62,712 bases of DNA, taken from Hyalangium minutum (GTDB lineage: Bacteria; Myxococcota; Myxococcia; Myxococcales; Myxococcaceae). The position numbers and the translations under genes were made by a program. The DNA lies in the NCBI RefSeq assembly GCF_000737315.1, contig NZ_JMCB01000033.1:1-62712 (forward strand). Direction: 5' to 3'. The notes below the pieces were generated by a model. That model was not told the origin of the DNA, did not search any database, and saw nothing but the letters and a program-made list of their open reading frames with translations. Of the stretch, positions 41,224 through 50,051 are shown piece after piece. How positions within the stretch are numbered: the first letter of the stretch is position 1; every line of letters starts with the position of its first letter.

Positions 41224-42420
41224 CTACTCGGCGGGAGCCGGCTCCGCAGCAGGAGCGGGGGCCGCCTCGAAGCGCAGGATGGCGTGCAGGGGGATGAAGA
41301 CCTCGCTCCCTGGCTCGCCCAGCAGCAGATCGAACCGTCCGGCCTTCTGCAGAGTCATCTTCAAGGTGACGCCGTTGCGGAGCACCAGGCGGACGGGCTG
41401 TCCCACCTGCGGCAGGAAAGGGCGCGGGTCAGAGAACGGGCGCTTGTCCGGCTGACGGGCCACGCTGGCGGGCTTCTGCGTGAGCTTCGGGTCCCGCTCC
41501 AGCGTGGGCAGCAGCTTCTCCCAGTCCGTGCGGCGCGCCAGCAGTACCACCTGGAGCTTCTCCAGGCGTCCGGTGCGCTCGAAGATGAACGCGATGGGCT
41601 CTTCGGTGGTGAGCGTGTCCAGCACGGTGCGCTCACCCAGCACCACCGCCAGCTCTTGCTTCGCGGCCACCAGCCCGGAGAGGAAGTCGGCCACCGCCGC
41701 GTTCTCCACCTCGCCGCGCGCCTGCTTGATGGCGGCCTTGCGCTGGGTGCGCTCTTTGCGCGCCATGAACTCGGCGACCGTCATTCCGCTCTGAACGACG
41801 CCAAACGCGTCTCCGAGCGACAGCCCCGGGTTCTTGCCAATCAGGTCGTACACCTGGTCGAAGCGCTTGGCCTCCTCGGCGTGCAGCTTGCGCCAGATGC
41901 GGCACTTCATCTTCCCTTCGAGCTCACCCTTGGCGATGCGGGCGGGCACGCGCTCGCGCACCGCCAGCGCCTGGACCTGCTCGGGCGTGGGGGGCGGCCG
42001 TGGCGGCCCGCGGGGAGCAAAGCGTCCAGGGCCTCCGGCACGCGGTCCAGCGCCGGGCGCTCCCGGAGGGCCTCGGGGAGGACCTCCAGGCCGGGGCGAC
42101 GGCCGAGGAGAGGGCGAGGCCGCACCGGGAACGGTGGGCCGGGGCGGGGCCGAGGGCACCGGTGCGCCAGAGGCGGCGGGCCGAGGCGTGGGAGCCGGCA
42201 GTGGAGCGCTCGGGGTGGCCGGCCGGGGAGCCGGCGCAGGCACGGGAGCACTGGCTGTGGTGGGCCGGGGCATGGGCGTCGCCGCCGGCCGCGGAGTGGG
42301 AGAAGGGCTAGGGGTGGGGCTCGAGGCCGGGGTAGGCGCCACAGTGCCCGGCGTCGCCGAGGCAGGGCGCCGGATGACCTCGACTGCGGGCACTACCCGC
42401 CGTGGTTTCCGATCGTTCAC
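41224..42420 (-). CDS. hypothetical protein: Pro-rich N-terminus plus probable tandem Sm/Hfq-like domains
   Basis: C-terminal PVRLVLRNGVTLKMTLQKAGRFDLLLGEPGSEVFIPLHAI aligns almost without gaps to the Hfq core ([39 protein letters not shown], recalled from memory). Confidence 0.55.
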   Translation of the reverse strand: MNDRKPRRVVPAVEVIRRPASATPGTVAPTPASSPTPSPSPTPRPAATPMPRPTTASAPVPAPAPRPATPSAPLPAPTPRPAASGAPVPSAPPRPTVPGAASPSPRPSPRPGGPPRGPPGAPGAGPRAGGPGRFAPRGPPRPPPTPEQVQALAVRERVPARIAKGELEGKMKCRIWRKLHAEEAKRFDQVYDLIGKNPGLSLGDAFGVVQSGMTVAEFMARKERTQRKAAIKQARGEVENAAVADFLSGLVAAKQELAVVLGERTVLDTLTTEEPIAFIFERTGRLEKLQVVLLARRTDWEKLLPTLERDPKLTQKPASVARQPDKRPFSDPRPFLPQVGQPVRLVLRNGVTLKMTLQKAGRFDLLLGEPGSEVFIPLHAILRFEAAPAPAAEPAPAE

Positions 42421-42465
42421 GTTCTCACGCTACCTGATAGCCATGAAGGGAGGGAGCACAAGGGC

Positions 42466-42876
42466 TCATGGCTTGAGTGAATCCGATAAATCTACCTTCC
42501 ACCCCGAAGCTTCTCGGACCAGGCGGACCTCGCGAGCCTGTCCCGAGGAGAGCACGCGCACGGTCGCTACGTCCCCCTCCTCACGCACCAACGTAATGTC
42601 CGTAACATCCGCTGGGGGGGCAGAATTCATGAAGAGCAACTCATAAGGCTCCAGGTCCGCCTTGCCGCCCGAAGTGTCCTTCAGCGCCTGGGCCCGGGCC
42701 GTCAGCGCCGTCTGCGTGCCTTGGGACAGTGCGGCATACGCCTCCTTGTACTCCCCGCGCTTCACGTGCTCATGGAAGGAGGTGTAGGCATTTTGCGGCG
42801 TGGTGAACTGGGTCTTCCCACAGCCGCCGAGGGCGAGCAGGGCCAGCACGAGCAGCGGCATCGCGGACAGACGCAT
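42466..42876 (-). CDS. lipoprotein, NTF2-like/DUF4878-like
   Basis: Lipobox LGG-C, TPQNAY...YKEAYAALS, LVREASGWKVD. Confidence 0.65.
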   Translation of the reverse strand: MRLSAMPLLVLALLALGGCGKTQFTTPQNAYTSFHEHVKRGEYKEAYAALSQGTQTALTARAQALKDTSGGKADLEPYELLFMNSAPPADVTDITLVREEGDVATVRVLSSGQAREVRLVREASGWKVDLSDSLKP

Positions 42877-42922
42877 GGGGCAGATCTAGGCCAAAGCCCG
42901 CCCGGCGCAAAGCGTTACGGCA

Positions 42923-43969
42923 CTACTCTTCATGCTGTCGAACGCGGTTGCGGCCTGCTCCCTTGGCCGCATAGAGGCACTCGTCCGCCGAGCGCATGAG
43001 CTCCTCGGGGGTCTGGATGCTGGGAGAGGGGATGGAGGCCAGCCCCAGCGAGGCCGTGCAGCGCACCTCCTTCTTCGTCCCATCAGGAGCTTGATACTCC
43101 AACTGGAGGCCCTCGATGGCCTCGCGCACCCGCTCGCAGGCGCGCAGCGCGTCCGCGGGGCTCGTCTCCGGCAGCAGGGCAATGAGCTCTTCGCCGCCGT
43201 AGCGCGCCAGCATGTCCACCTCGCGCAGCCGCGCCCGCGTCACCTGGGCCACCGCGCGCAGCACCTCGTCCCCGAAGGGGTGCCCGTAGGTGTCGTTGAC
43301 GCGCTTGAAGTAGTCGATGTCCAGCATCACCAGCGACAGCGGCGCGCGGTAGCGCCGGGCGCGGGCGAACTCCTCCTGAATGCGCTCCTCGAAGTAGCGC
43401 CGGTTGCTCAGGCCGGTGAGCGCATCCGTGCGGCTGAGCGCCAACAGCTCCTCGCGCTTGCGGGCCAGCTCCTTGTTGGCCCGGTCCAGCTCGCGGTTCT
43501 TCTCCACCAGTGTGTCCTGCAGGGCCTTGAGCCGCAGCATGGACTTCACCCGCGCGCCCAGCTCCAGCATGTCGAAGGGCTTCACCAGGTAGTCGTCCGC
43601 TCCCAGCTCCAGCCCCTCCACCTTGCCGGCCGCCTGCCGCGCCGTCATCAGGATGACAGGGATGAAGCCGAAGCCCCCGTCGCCCGAGTTGGCCTTGATG
43701 ATGCGGCACACCTCCACCCCGCCCAGGCCCGGCATCTCCACGTCCATGAGGATGAGGTCCGGCCGGTGCTCGCGGATGGCCGACAGCGCCTGCGCGCCGT
43801 CTCTTGCCTCGCGAAAGCGGTAGCCGTGCGGCGCCAGCCCCTGGCGCACGTGCTGCACGTGGGCCGGATCGTCGTCGACGATCAGGACCGTGCGGTCTGA
43901 GTATTCGCCCGGGGCGGCCGCTCGACGGCTGCCCTCGGGGGCCTTCTTGATGGCGCTGCTCTCCGGCAT
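42923..43969 (-). CDS. REC-GGDEF diguanylate cyclase
   Basis: REC domain (LIVDDD, DLILMD, DYLVKP), coiled coil, TDALTGLSNRR, I-site REVD, RYGGEEL. Confidence 0.92.
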   Translation of the reverse strand: MPESSAIKKAPEGSRRAAAPGEYSDRTVLIVDDDPAHVQHVRQGLAPHGYRFREARDGAQALSAIREHRPDLILMDVEMPGLGGVEVCRIIKANSGDGGFGFIPVILMTARQAAGKVEGLELGADDYLVKPFDMLELGARVKSMLRLKALQDTLVEKNRELDRANKELARKREELLALSRTDALTGLSNRRYFEERIQEEFARARRYRAPLSLVMLDIDYFKRVNDTYGHPFGDEVLRAVAQVTRARLREVDMLARYGGEELIALLPETSPADALRACERVREAIEGLQLEYQAPDGTKKEVRCTASLGLASIPSPSIQTPEELMRSADECLYAAKGAGRNRVRQHEE

Positions 43970-44065
43970 CGTCTCCCCCATCCCGAAGAACCCTCCCGCC
44001 GCGCAGGCGTTCCCGGATTCTCTCCAGACAGATGGGGGCTGCCAAGTCACCCCCTTGGTGATTTT

Positions 44066-44686
44066 TCAACCAGGCTTGACGAGTCGGGCCCGGTAGACGG
44101 GCTCCCCACTCTGGAGGTAGCGCCGCTCACGGGTGGAGGGGACTTCCTCGGGATCGTACGGATGGAAGGCGCCCTGCCCGAGGGGATTGTGGAAGCCCGC
44201 CTCCTCGAGGATGGCCAGCATTCCGCGCGCCCTATCCTCCACGTCGGTCCGCAGGTCGAACTTGCCGCCAGGCGCCAGCTTGTTCAAAAGCAGACGGGCG
44301 AAGTCCGGCTGGATGATGGCGCGCTTGAAGTGGGCGCGCTTCCACCATGGATCCGGGAACTGGAGGTGGATGGCGGACAGGGAGCCGTCGGCGAAGATGC
44401 GGGGCACCACGGCGCGTGCGTCGGCTTCAATCACGCGCAGGTTCTTCAGGCCCATCTTGTCGCCACGGTCGAGCGTGTCGCGGGCGTACTTCTTGCGCCA
44501 CTCGAAGGCCACGAAGCGCACGTGGGGGTTGCGGCGACAGTACTCCAGCGCGTGGCCTCCGGCGCCGGAACCCATCTCCAGCTCCAGGGGGCCAGAGAAA
44601 CCGTACTCCGCGTCCCAATCGGGCGGGGCCTCCAGGGTGGTGAACTTCAGGCCGACCGGGTCGGGCAGCAGGCGGGGACGAGCCAT
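44066..44686 (-). CDS. trmB: tRNA (guanine-N7)-methyltransferase
   Basis: LEMGSGAG, FPDPWWKRAHFKR, LRTD, STRERRY. Confidence 0.9.
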   Translation of the reverse strand: MARPRLLPDPVGLKFTTLEAPPDWDAEYGFSGPLELEMGSGAGGHALEYCRRNPHVRFVAFEWRKKYARDTLDRGDKMGLKNLRVIEADARAVVPRIFADGSLSAIHLQFPDPWWKRAHFKRAIIQPDFARLLLNKLAPGGKFDLRTDVEDRARGMLAILEEAGFHNPLGQGAFHPYDPEEVPSTRERRYLQSGEPVYRARLVKPG

Positions 44687-44755
44687 GGCGTAGGGCGCGC
44701 TCTATGCCCGACAGGGACGGGCTTGAACAGGGCAAAAGCAAGGTATACCGGGGGC

Positions 44756-45679
44756 ATGAAGGTCTTCCACTCGGTGGCGGAGGCGCGAGAGCTGGCCGGA
44801 TCAGCCGTTGCGCTGGGCAACTTCGACGGAGTGCACATCGGCCATCAGGCCCTGTTTGCCGAAGCGCGCCGGCATGCGCGTGCGGTGGCGCTCACCTTCC
44901 AGCCGCACCCGGGCAAGGTGCTGCAGCCAGACCTGGCTCCCAAGCTCATCACCCTGCTGCCGCGCAAGCTGGAGCTCTTCGAGGCGTACGGCCTGGACGC
45001 CGCCGTGGTGCAGCCCTTCAACCGTGAATATGCACGCACCCCGGCGGCCGCCTTCGAGGAGTCGCTGCTGGACGTGCTGGGCGCAAAGCACCTGGTGGTG
45101 GGCACTGACTTCACCTACGGCGCGGCCCGGGCGGGCACCGTGGCCACCCTGCGCGAGGCGGCCTCGCAGCGTGGGGCCCAGGTGCACGTGGTGCTTCCCG
45201 TGACGGTGGACGGGGTGGTGTCCTCCTCCAGCAAGGTGCGCGAGTACATCCTCGAGGGCCGCGTCGCCGCGGCCCACCGGCTGCTGGGGCGGCCCTTTGA
45301 CTTGGACGGCACGGTGGTGCCCGGAGCGGGGCGGGGCAGGGGCATCGGCTTCCCCACGGCCAACGTGGACACCCAGAACGAGCTGCGCCCGGCCCCCGGC
45401 GTCTACGCCATCCGCGTGCGCCTGAAGGACGAGCCCCAGGGCCCCTGGCGTCCGGGAGCGGCCAACATCGGTGTAAAGCCCACCTTTGGAGGGACGGTGG
45501 TCACCATCGAAGCCCACCTGCTGGACTTCCAGGGTGATCTCTACGGCCGGGAACTGCGAGTGCAGTTCCTGGAGCGCCTCCGCCCGGAGCAGCGTTTTGC
45601 GTCCGTGGCCGAACTCGTGGGCCAGATCAAGCGGGACGTCGAGGCTGCTCGCACGGTGATTGCCCGAGCAGACGGTTGA
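44756..45679 (+). CDS. ribF: bifunctional riboflavin kinase/FAD synthetase
   Basis: LGNFDGVHIGHQ, TFQPHP, SSSKVR, GRGIGFPTAN, NIGVKPT, IEAHLLDF, LRPEQRF. Confidence 0.96.
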   Translation: MKVFHSVAEARELAGSAVALGNFDGVHIGHQALFAEARRHARAVALTFQPHPGKVLQPDLAPKLITLLPRKLELFEAYGLDAAVVQPFNREYARTPAAAFEESLLDVLGAKHLVVGTDFTYGAARAGTVATLREAASQRGAQVHVVLPVTVDGVVSSSSKVREYILEGRVAAAHRLLGRPFDLDGTVVPGAGRGRGIGFPTANVDTQNELRPAPGVYAIRVRLKDEPQGPWRPGAANIGVKPTFGGTVVTIEAHLLDFQGDLYGRELRVQFLERLRPEQRFASVAELVGQIKRDVEAARTVIARADG

Positions 45680-45736
45680 GGCGCTTTTACCGGTTTCCTG
45701 TGTCGGTTCAATGGTTTGGCGCTTTTGGAAGCTTTG

Positions 45737-45776
45737 GGCACTTACCTTGACATGGTAGGTGCCGCTTCTCTCTAAT
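45737..45776 (+). promoter_or_regulatory. sigma70-type pilB promoter with an inverted repeat centred on the -35 box
   Basis: TTGACA (45747-45752), N18, TCTAAT (45771-45776). Arms GGCACTTACC (45737-45746) and GGTAGGTGCC (45754-45763) are complementary at 9 of 10 positions. Confidence 0.65.
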
Positions 45777-45878
45777 CCCCCTTTGCATGAGGGCCTCTGG
45801 GCCCGCTCAACCTGCTCCTGTCCGGCACCTGCTGCACCGGGGCAACTGCTCGTCTTTCCTTCCGTTCGAGGCTGCTGA

Positions 45879-47582
45879 ATGTCCGGTCGACTTGGTGAAC
45901 TGCTGGTCCGTGAGAACCTCATCACCGTTCAGGCCCTGCGCAAAGCGCAGGAAGAAAGCCAGAAGAGTGGGGCTCGCATTGGCACCGCTCTCATCAAGAC
46001 GGGTGCCATCGAGGAGTCCAAGCTCACGGACTTCCTCTCCAAGCAGTACGGCGTCCCGGCGATCAACCTGAAGGACTTCGACATCGATCCGGAGATCATC
46101 AAGCTGGTCCCGAAGGATGTCGCCGAGAAGCACCTGGTCATCCCCGTCAACCGCGCGGGCCCGTCGCTGATCGTCGCGATGTGCGATCCGTCCAACATCT
46201 ATGCGGTGGACGACCTGAAGTTCCTCACCGGCTACAACATCGAGTCGGTGGTGGCGTCGGAGATCTCCATCCGCGAGGCCATCGAGCGCTACTACGCGGA
46301 GAAGGGCCCCTCGCTGGACGCCATCGTCGGCGAGATGGCCGACGAGGACATCGAAGTCTCCCAGGCCGAGGACGAGAACATCGAGGAGATGGCCAAGGCC
46401 GCCGACGACGCGCCGGTGGTCAAGCTGGTGAACCTCATCCTCATGGACGCCATCAAGAAGGGCGCGTCCGATATCCACGTGGAGCCCTACGAGAAGGACT
46501 TCCGCGTCCGCTTCCGCATCGACGGCTCGCTCTACGAAGTCATGCGCCCGCCGATGAAGCTGCGCAACGCCATCACCAGCCGTCTGAAGATCATGGCCTC
46601 GCTGGACATCTCCGAGCGCCGTCTGCCGCAGGACGGCCGCATCAAGATCAAGATGGGTGGCGGCAAGGAGATGGACTTCCGCGTCAGCGTGTGCCCCACG
46701 CTGTTCGGCGAAAAAGTGGTTATGCGTCTGTTGGACAAGTCGAACCTCCAGCTCGACATGACGAAGCTGGGCTTCGACCCGCAGCCGCTGGCGTGGTTCA
46801 AGGAGGCCATCGAGCGTCCCTACGGCATGGTGCTCGTGACGGGTCCGACGGGTTCCGGAAAGACGACGACGCTGTACTCGGCGCTCTCTTCGCTCAACCA
46901 GATCGACACCAACATCTCCACCGCGGAAGACCCGGTCGAGTTCAACTTCGCCGGCATCAACCAGGTGCAGATGCATGAAGACATCGGCCTGAACTTCGCC
47001 GCGGCCCTGCGCTCCTTCCTGCGTCAGGACCCCGACATCATCATGATCGGTGAGATCCGTGACTTCGAGACGGGCGAAATCGCGGTGAAGGCGGCGCTCA
47101 CGGGCCACATGGTGCTCTCCACGCTGCACACCAACGACGCCCCTGGCACGGTGAGCCGTCTGCTCAACATGGGCATCGAGCCGTTCCTCGTGGTGGCCTC
47201 GCTCAACCTGATTCTGGCCCAGCGTCTGTGCCGCCGCCTGTGCAAGGACTGCAAGCGCCCGGCGCAGGACGTGGACGAGAAGGCACTCATCGACGCGGGC
47301 GTGCCTCCGGAGAAGATCGGTGCCTTCACCATGTATGAGAAGGTTGGGTGCCGCGAGTGCAACGACCGTGGCTACCGCGGCCGCGTGGCCGTGTATGAAG
47401 TCATGCCCTTCTGGGACGGCCTCAAGGAGCTGGTCATCAACGGCGCCTCCACCAACGAGCTCAAGCAGGAGGCCATCCGCCTGGGCATGAGCTCACTGCG
47501 CATGTCCGCGCTGGCGAAGATGATGGACGGCGTCACCACGCTCGAAGAGGTGGTTGGCAACACCGCTCCGGATCGCTTCTAA
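45879..47582 (+). CDS. pilB: type IV pilus assembly ATPase
   Basis: MSGRLGELLV, ASDIHVEP, GPTGSGKTTT, AEDPVE, LRQDPDIIMIGEIRD, STLHTN. Confidence 0.96.
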   Translation: MSGRLGELLVRENLITVQALRKAQEESQKSGARIGTALIKTGAIEESKLTDFLSKQYGVPAINLKDFDIDPEIIKLVPKDVAEKHLVIPVNRAGPSLIVAMCDPSNIYAVDDLKFLTGYNIESVVASEISIREAIERYYAEKGPSLDAIVGEMADEDIEVSQAEDENIEEMAKAADDAPVVKLVNLILMDAIKKGASDIHVEPYEKDFRVRFRIDGSLYEVMRPPMKLRNAITSRLKIMASLDISERRLPQDGRIKIKMGGGKEMDFRVSVCPTLFGEKVVMRLLDKSNLQLDMTKLGFDPQPLAWFKEAIERPYGMVLVTGPTGSGKTTTLYSALSSLNQIDTNISTAEDPVEFNFAGINQVQMHEDIGLNFAAALRSFLRQDPDIIMIGEIRDFETGEIAVKAALTGHMVLSTLHTNDAPGTVSRLLNMGIEPFLVVASLNLILAQRLCRRLCKDCKRPAQDVDEKALIDAGVPPEKIGAFTMYEKVGCRECNDRGYRGRVAVYEVMPFWDGLKELVINGASTNELKQEAIRLGMSSLRMSALAKMMDGVTTLEEVVGNTAPDRF

Positions 47583-47634
47583 CCGTTTCTTTTTCGTTGC
47601 TCGTCTTACCCTCCGCATCTGAAGGATTTCTTCC

Positions 47635-48741
47635 GTGGCAAACCTGCACCAGCTCCTCAAGGCAATGGTCGAGAAGGGCGCTTCCGACCTGCACATCACC
47701 ACTGGCTCGCCGCCGCAGCTCCGCGTGGACGGTGAGCTGGTGCCGCTGAAGACGGCGCCCCTCACGCCGGTGGAGACCAAGCAGCTCTGCTACTCGATCC
47801 TCACGGACGCCCAGAAGCACAAGTTCGAAGAGGACAACGAGCTGGACTTGTCCTTCGGCGTGAAGGGCCTGTCCCGCTTCCGCGCCAACGTCTACATGCA
47901 GCGTGGCGCGGTGGCCGGCGCGTTCCGGACCATTCCGTTCAAGATCCTCACCTTCGCGGAGCTGGGTCTGCCGCCGGTGGTGGCCGAGCTGGTCAAGCGC
48001 CCCCGCGGCCTCATCCTCGTGACAGGCCCGACAGGCTCGGGCAAGTCCACGACGCTGGCGTCGATGATCGACAAGATCAACACCGACCGTCATGAGCACA
48101 TCATGACGATCGAGGACCCGATCGAGTACCTGCACCCGCACAAGAACTGCCTCGTCAATCAGCGCGAGGTGGGTGCGGACACGCGCAACTTCAAGACGGC
48201 GCTCAAGTACATCCTCCGCCAGGACCCGGACATCGTGCTGGTGGGCGAACTGCGAGACCTGGAGACCATCGAGGCGGCGCTCACCATCGCGGAGACGGGC
48301 CACACCTGCTACGCCACTCTGCACACCAACAGCGCGGTGCAGACCATCAACCGCGTGCTGGACGTGTTCCCGCCGTACCAGCAGCCCCAGGTGCGCGCGC
48401 AGATGTCGTTCGTGCTCGAGGGCGTGATGAGCCAGTCTCTGGTCGCCAAGGCGGGCGGCCCTGGCCGCGTGCTGGCGCTGGAGGTCATGATTCCCACGCC
48501 CGCTATCCGAAACCTCATCCGCGAGGACAAGGTCCACCAGGTCTACTCCTCGATGCAGGTCGGCCAGGCCAAGTACGGCATGCAGACCTTCAACCAGGCC
48601 CTGGCGGCGCTCCTGGCGCGGCGCCTGATCAGCCAGGAGGAGGCCTTCGGCCGGTCCAGTGATCCCGAGGAGTTGCGCAACATTCTGGCCGGTGCTGTAC
48701 CTGGGATGCAGCGGCCAGGCGGCGGAGCCCCCGGCCGTTAG
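47635..48741 (+). CDS. pilT: type IV pilus retraction ATPase
   Basis: ASDLH, GPTGSGKSTT, TIEDPIE, LRQDPD, AIRNLIRE, GMQT. Confidence 0.96.
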   Translation: MANLHQLLKAMVEKGASDLHITTGSPPQLRVDGELVPLKTAPLTPVETKQLCYSILTDAQKHKFEEDNELDLSFGVKGLSRFRANVYMQRGAVAGAFRTIPFKILTFAELGLPPVVAELVKRPRGLILVTGPTGSGKSTTLASMIDKINTDRHEHIMTIEDPIEYLHPHKNCLVNQREVGADTRNFKTALKYILRQDPDIVLVGELRDLETIEAALTIAETGHTCYATLHTNSAVQTINRVLDVFPPYQQPQVRAQMSFVLEGVMSQSLVAKAGGPGRVLALEVMIPTPAIRNLIREDKVHQVYSSMQVGQAKYGMQTFNQALAALLARRLISQEEAFGRSSDPEELRNILAGAVPGMQRPGGGAPGR

Positions 48742-48796
48742 TTATGGGTTTTAGAGACGCGCGGTAGACTGGTTGTCCCCGCGGAGGTCCAGAGTC

Positions 48797-50044
48797 ATGG
48801 CGGCACCTGCAATGCAGAAGACGGCATCATCGGCGAAGAAGGTCACACTGTGGCTCTGGGAGGCCAAGAGTAAGTCCGGCGAGGTCAAAAAGGGCGAGAT
48901 GGAGGCCGGAGACGCCGAGGCGGTCAACGCGCGCCTCAAGTCCTTGGGCCTCAACCCGGTCAAGGTCAAGAAGAAGCCCCTGGAGATCAACATCCCGGGG
49001 CTCGCTGGCGGTGTCACGGGCAAGGACATCCTCATCTTCACCCGTCAGTTCGCGACGATGATCGACGCCGGTCTGCCCCTGGTGCAGTGCTTGGACATTC
49101 TGGGCAGCCAGATGGACAACCCGGCCTTCCGCAAGGTCATCTTCCAGATCAAGGGCAAGGTCGAGCAGGGCTCCACCTTCGCCGACGCGCTCAAGGAGCA
49201 CCCGAAGGTCTTCGACGAGCTCTTCGTGCAGCTGTGCGCCGCGGGCGAGGTGGGCGGTATCCTCGACACCATTCTCAACCGTCTGGCGACCTACCGTGAA
49301 AAGGCCGAGAAGCTGAAGCGCAAGGTGAAGGGCGCGCTGACCTACCCGGTCATCGTTCTCGTGGTGGCCGTGGGCGTGACGGCGCTGCTGCTGCTCAAGG
49401 TGACGCCCGTGTTCGCGAAGATGTTCGGCGACTTCGGCCAGGCGCTGCCAGGACCCACTCAGTTCGTGGTGGACTTGTCCGAGTGGTTGCAGAAGTGGGT
49501 CATCCACCTGGTCGTCAGCATCGCCGCCTTCATTTTCGCCGCTGTCTCGTTCTACAGGAACCCCAAGGGCCGGAAGATCGCCGACAAGGTGATGCTGAAG
49601 ACGCCGCTGGTCGGTGACGTGCTCCGCAAGGTGGCGGTGGCGCGCTTCACCCGGACGCTGGGCACGATGATCTCCTCGGGCGTGCCCATCCTGGACGCGC
49701 TGGACGTGACAGCGAAGACGGCCGGTAACCGCACGGTGGAAGAGGCCATCTACTTCGTCCGCGGGAAGATCGCGGAAGGTAAGAACATCGCCGGCCCACT
49801 GGCGGACACCAACGTGTTCCCCTCCATGGTGGTGCAGATGATTGGCGTGGGCGAGGCCACGGGCGCCATGGACGCGATGCTTACCAAGATCGCCGATTTC
49901 TATGACGACGAGGTGGACGCGGCGGTGGGCAGCCTCACGGCCGCCATCGAGCCTCTGATGATGGTGTTCCTCGGCGTCGTGGTCGGTGGCTTCCTCATCT
50001 CGATGTATCTGCCGATCTTCTCGATCGCCGGTGCCGTCAAGTAG
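48797..50044 (+). CDS. pilC: type IV pilus platform protein
   Basis: FTRQFATMIDAGLPL, AGEVGGILD, ALTYP, MIGVGEATG, MYLPIF. Confidence 0.96.
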   Translation: MAAPAMQKTASSAKKVTLWLWEAKSKSGEVKKGEMEAGDAEAVNARLKSLGLNPVKVKKKPLEINIPGLAGGVTGKDILIFTRQFATMIDAGLPLVQCLDILGSQMDNPAFRKVIFQIKGKVEQGSTFADALKEHPKVFDELFVQLCAAGEVGGILDTILNRLATYREKAEKLKRKVKGALTYPVIVLVVAVGVTALLLLKVTPVFAKMFGDFGQALPGPTQFVVDLSEWLQKWVIHLVVSIAAFIFAAVSFYRNPKGRKIADKVMLKTPLVGDVLRKVAVARFTRTLGTMISSGVPILDALDVTAKTAGNRTVEEAIYFVRGKIAEGKNIAGPLADTNVFPSMVVQMIGVGEATGAMDAMLTKIADFYDDEVDAAVGSLTAAIEPLMMVFLGVVVGGFLISMYLPIFSIAGAVK

Positions 50045-50051
50045 CTCTCAG

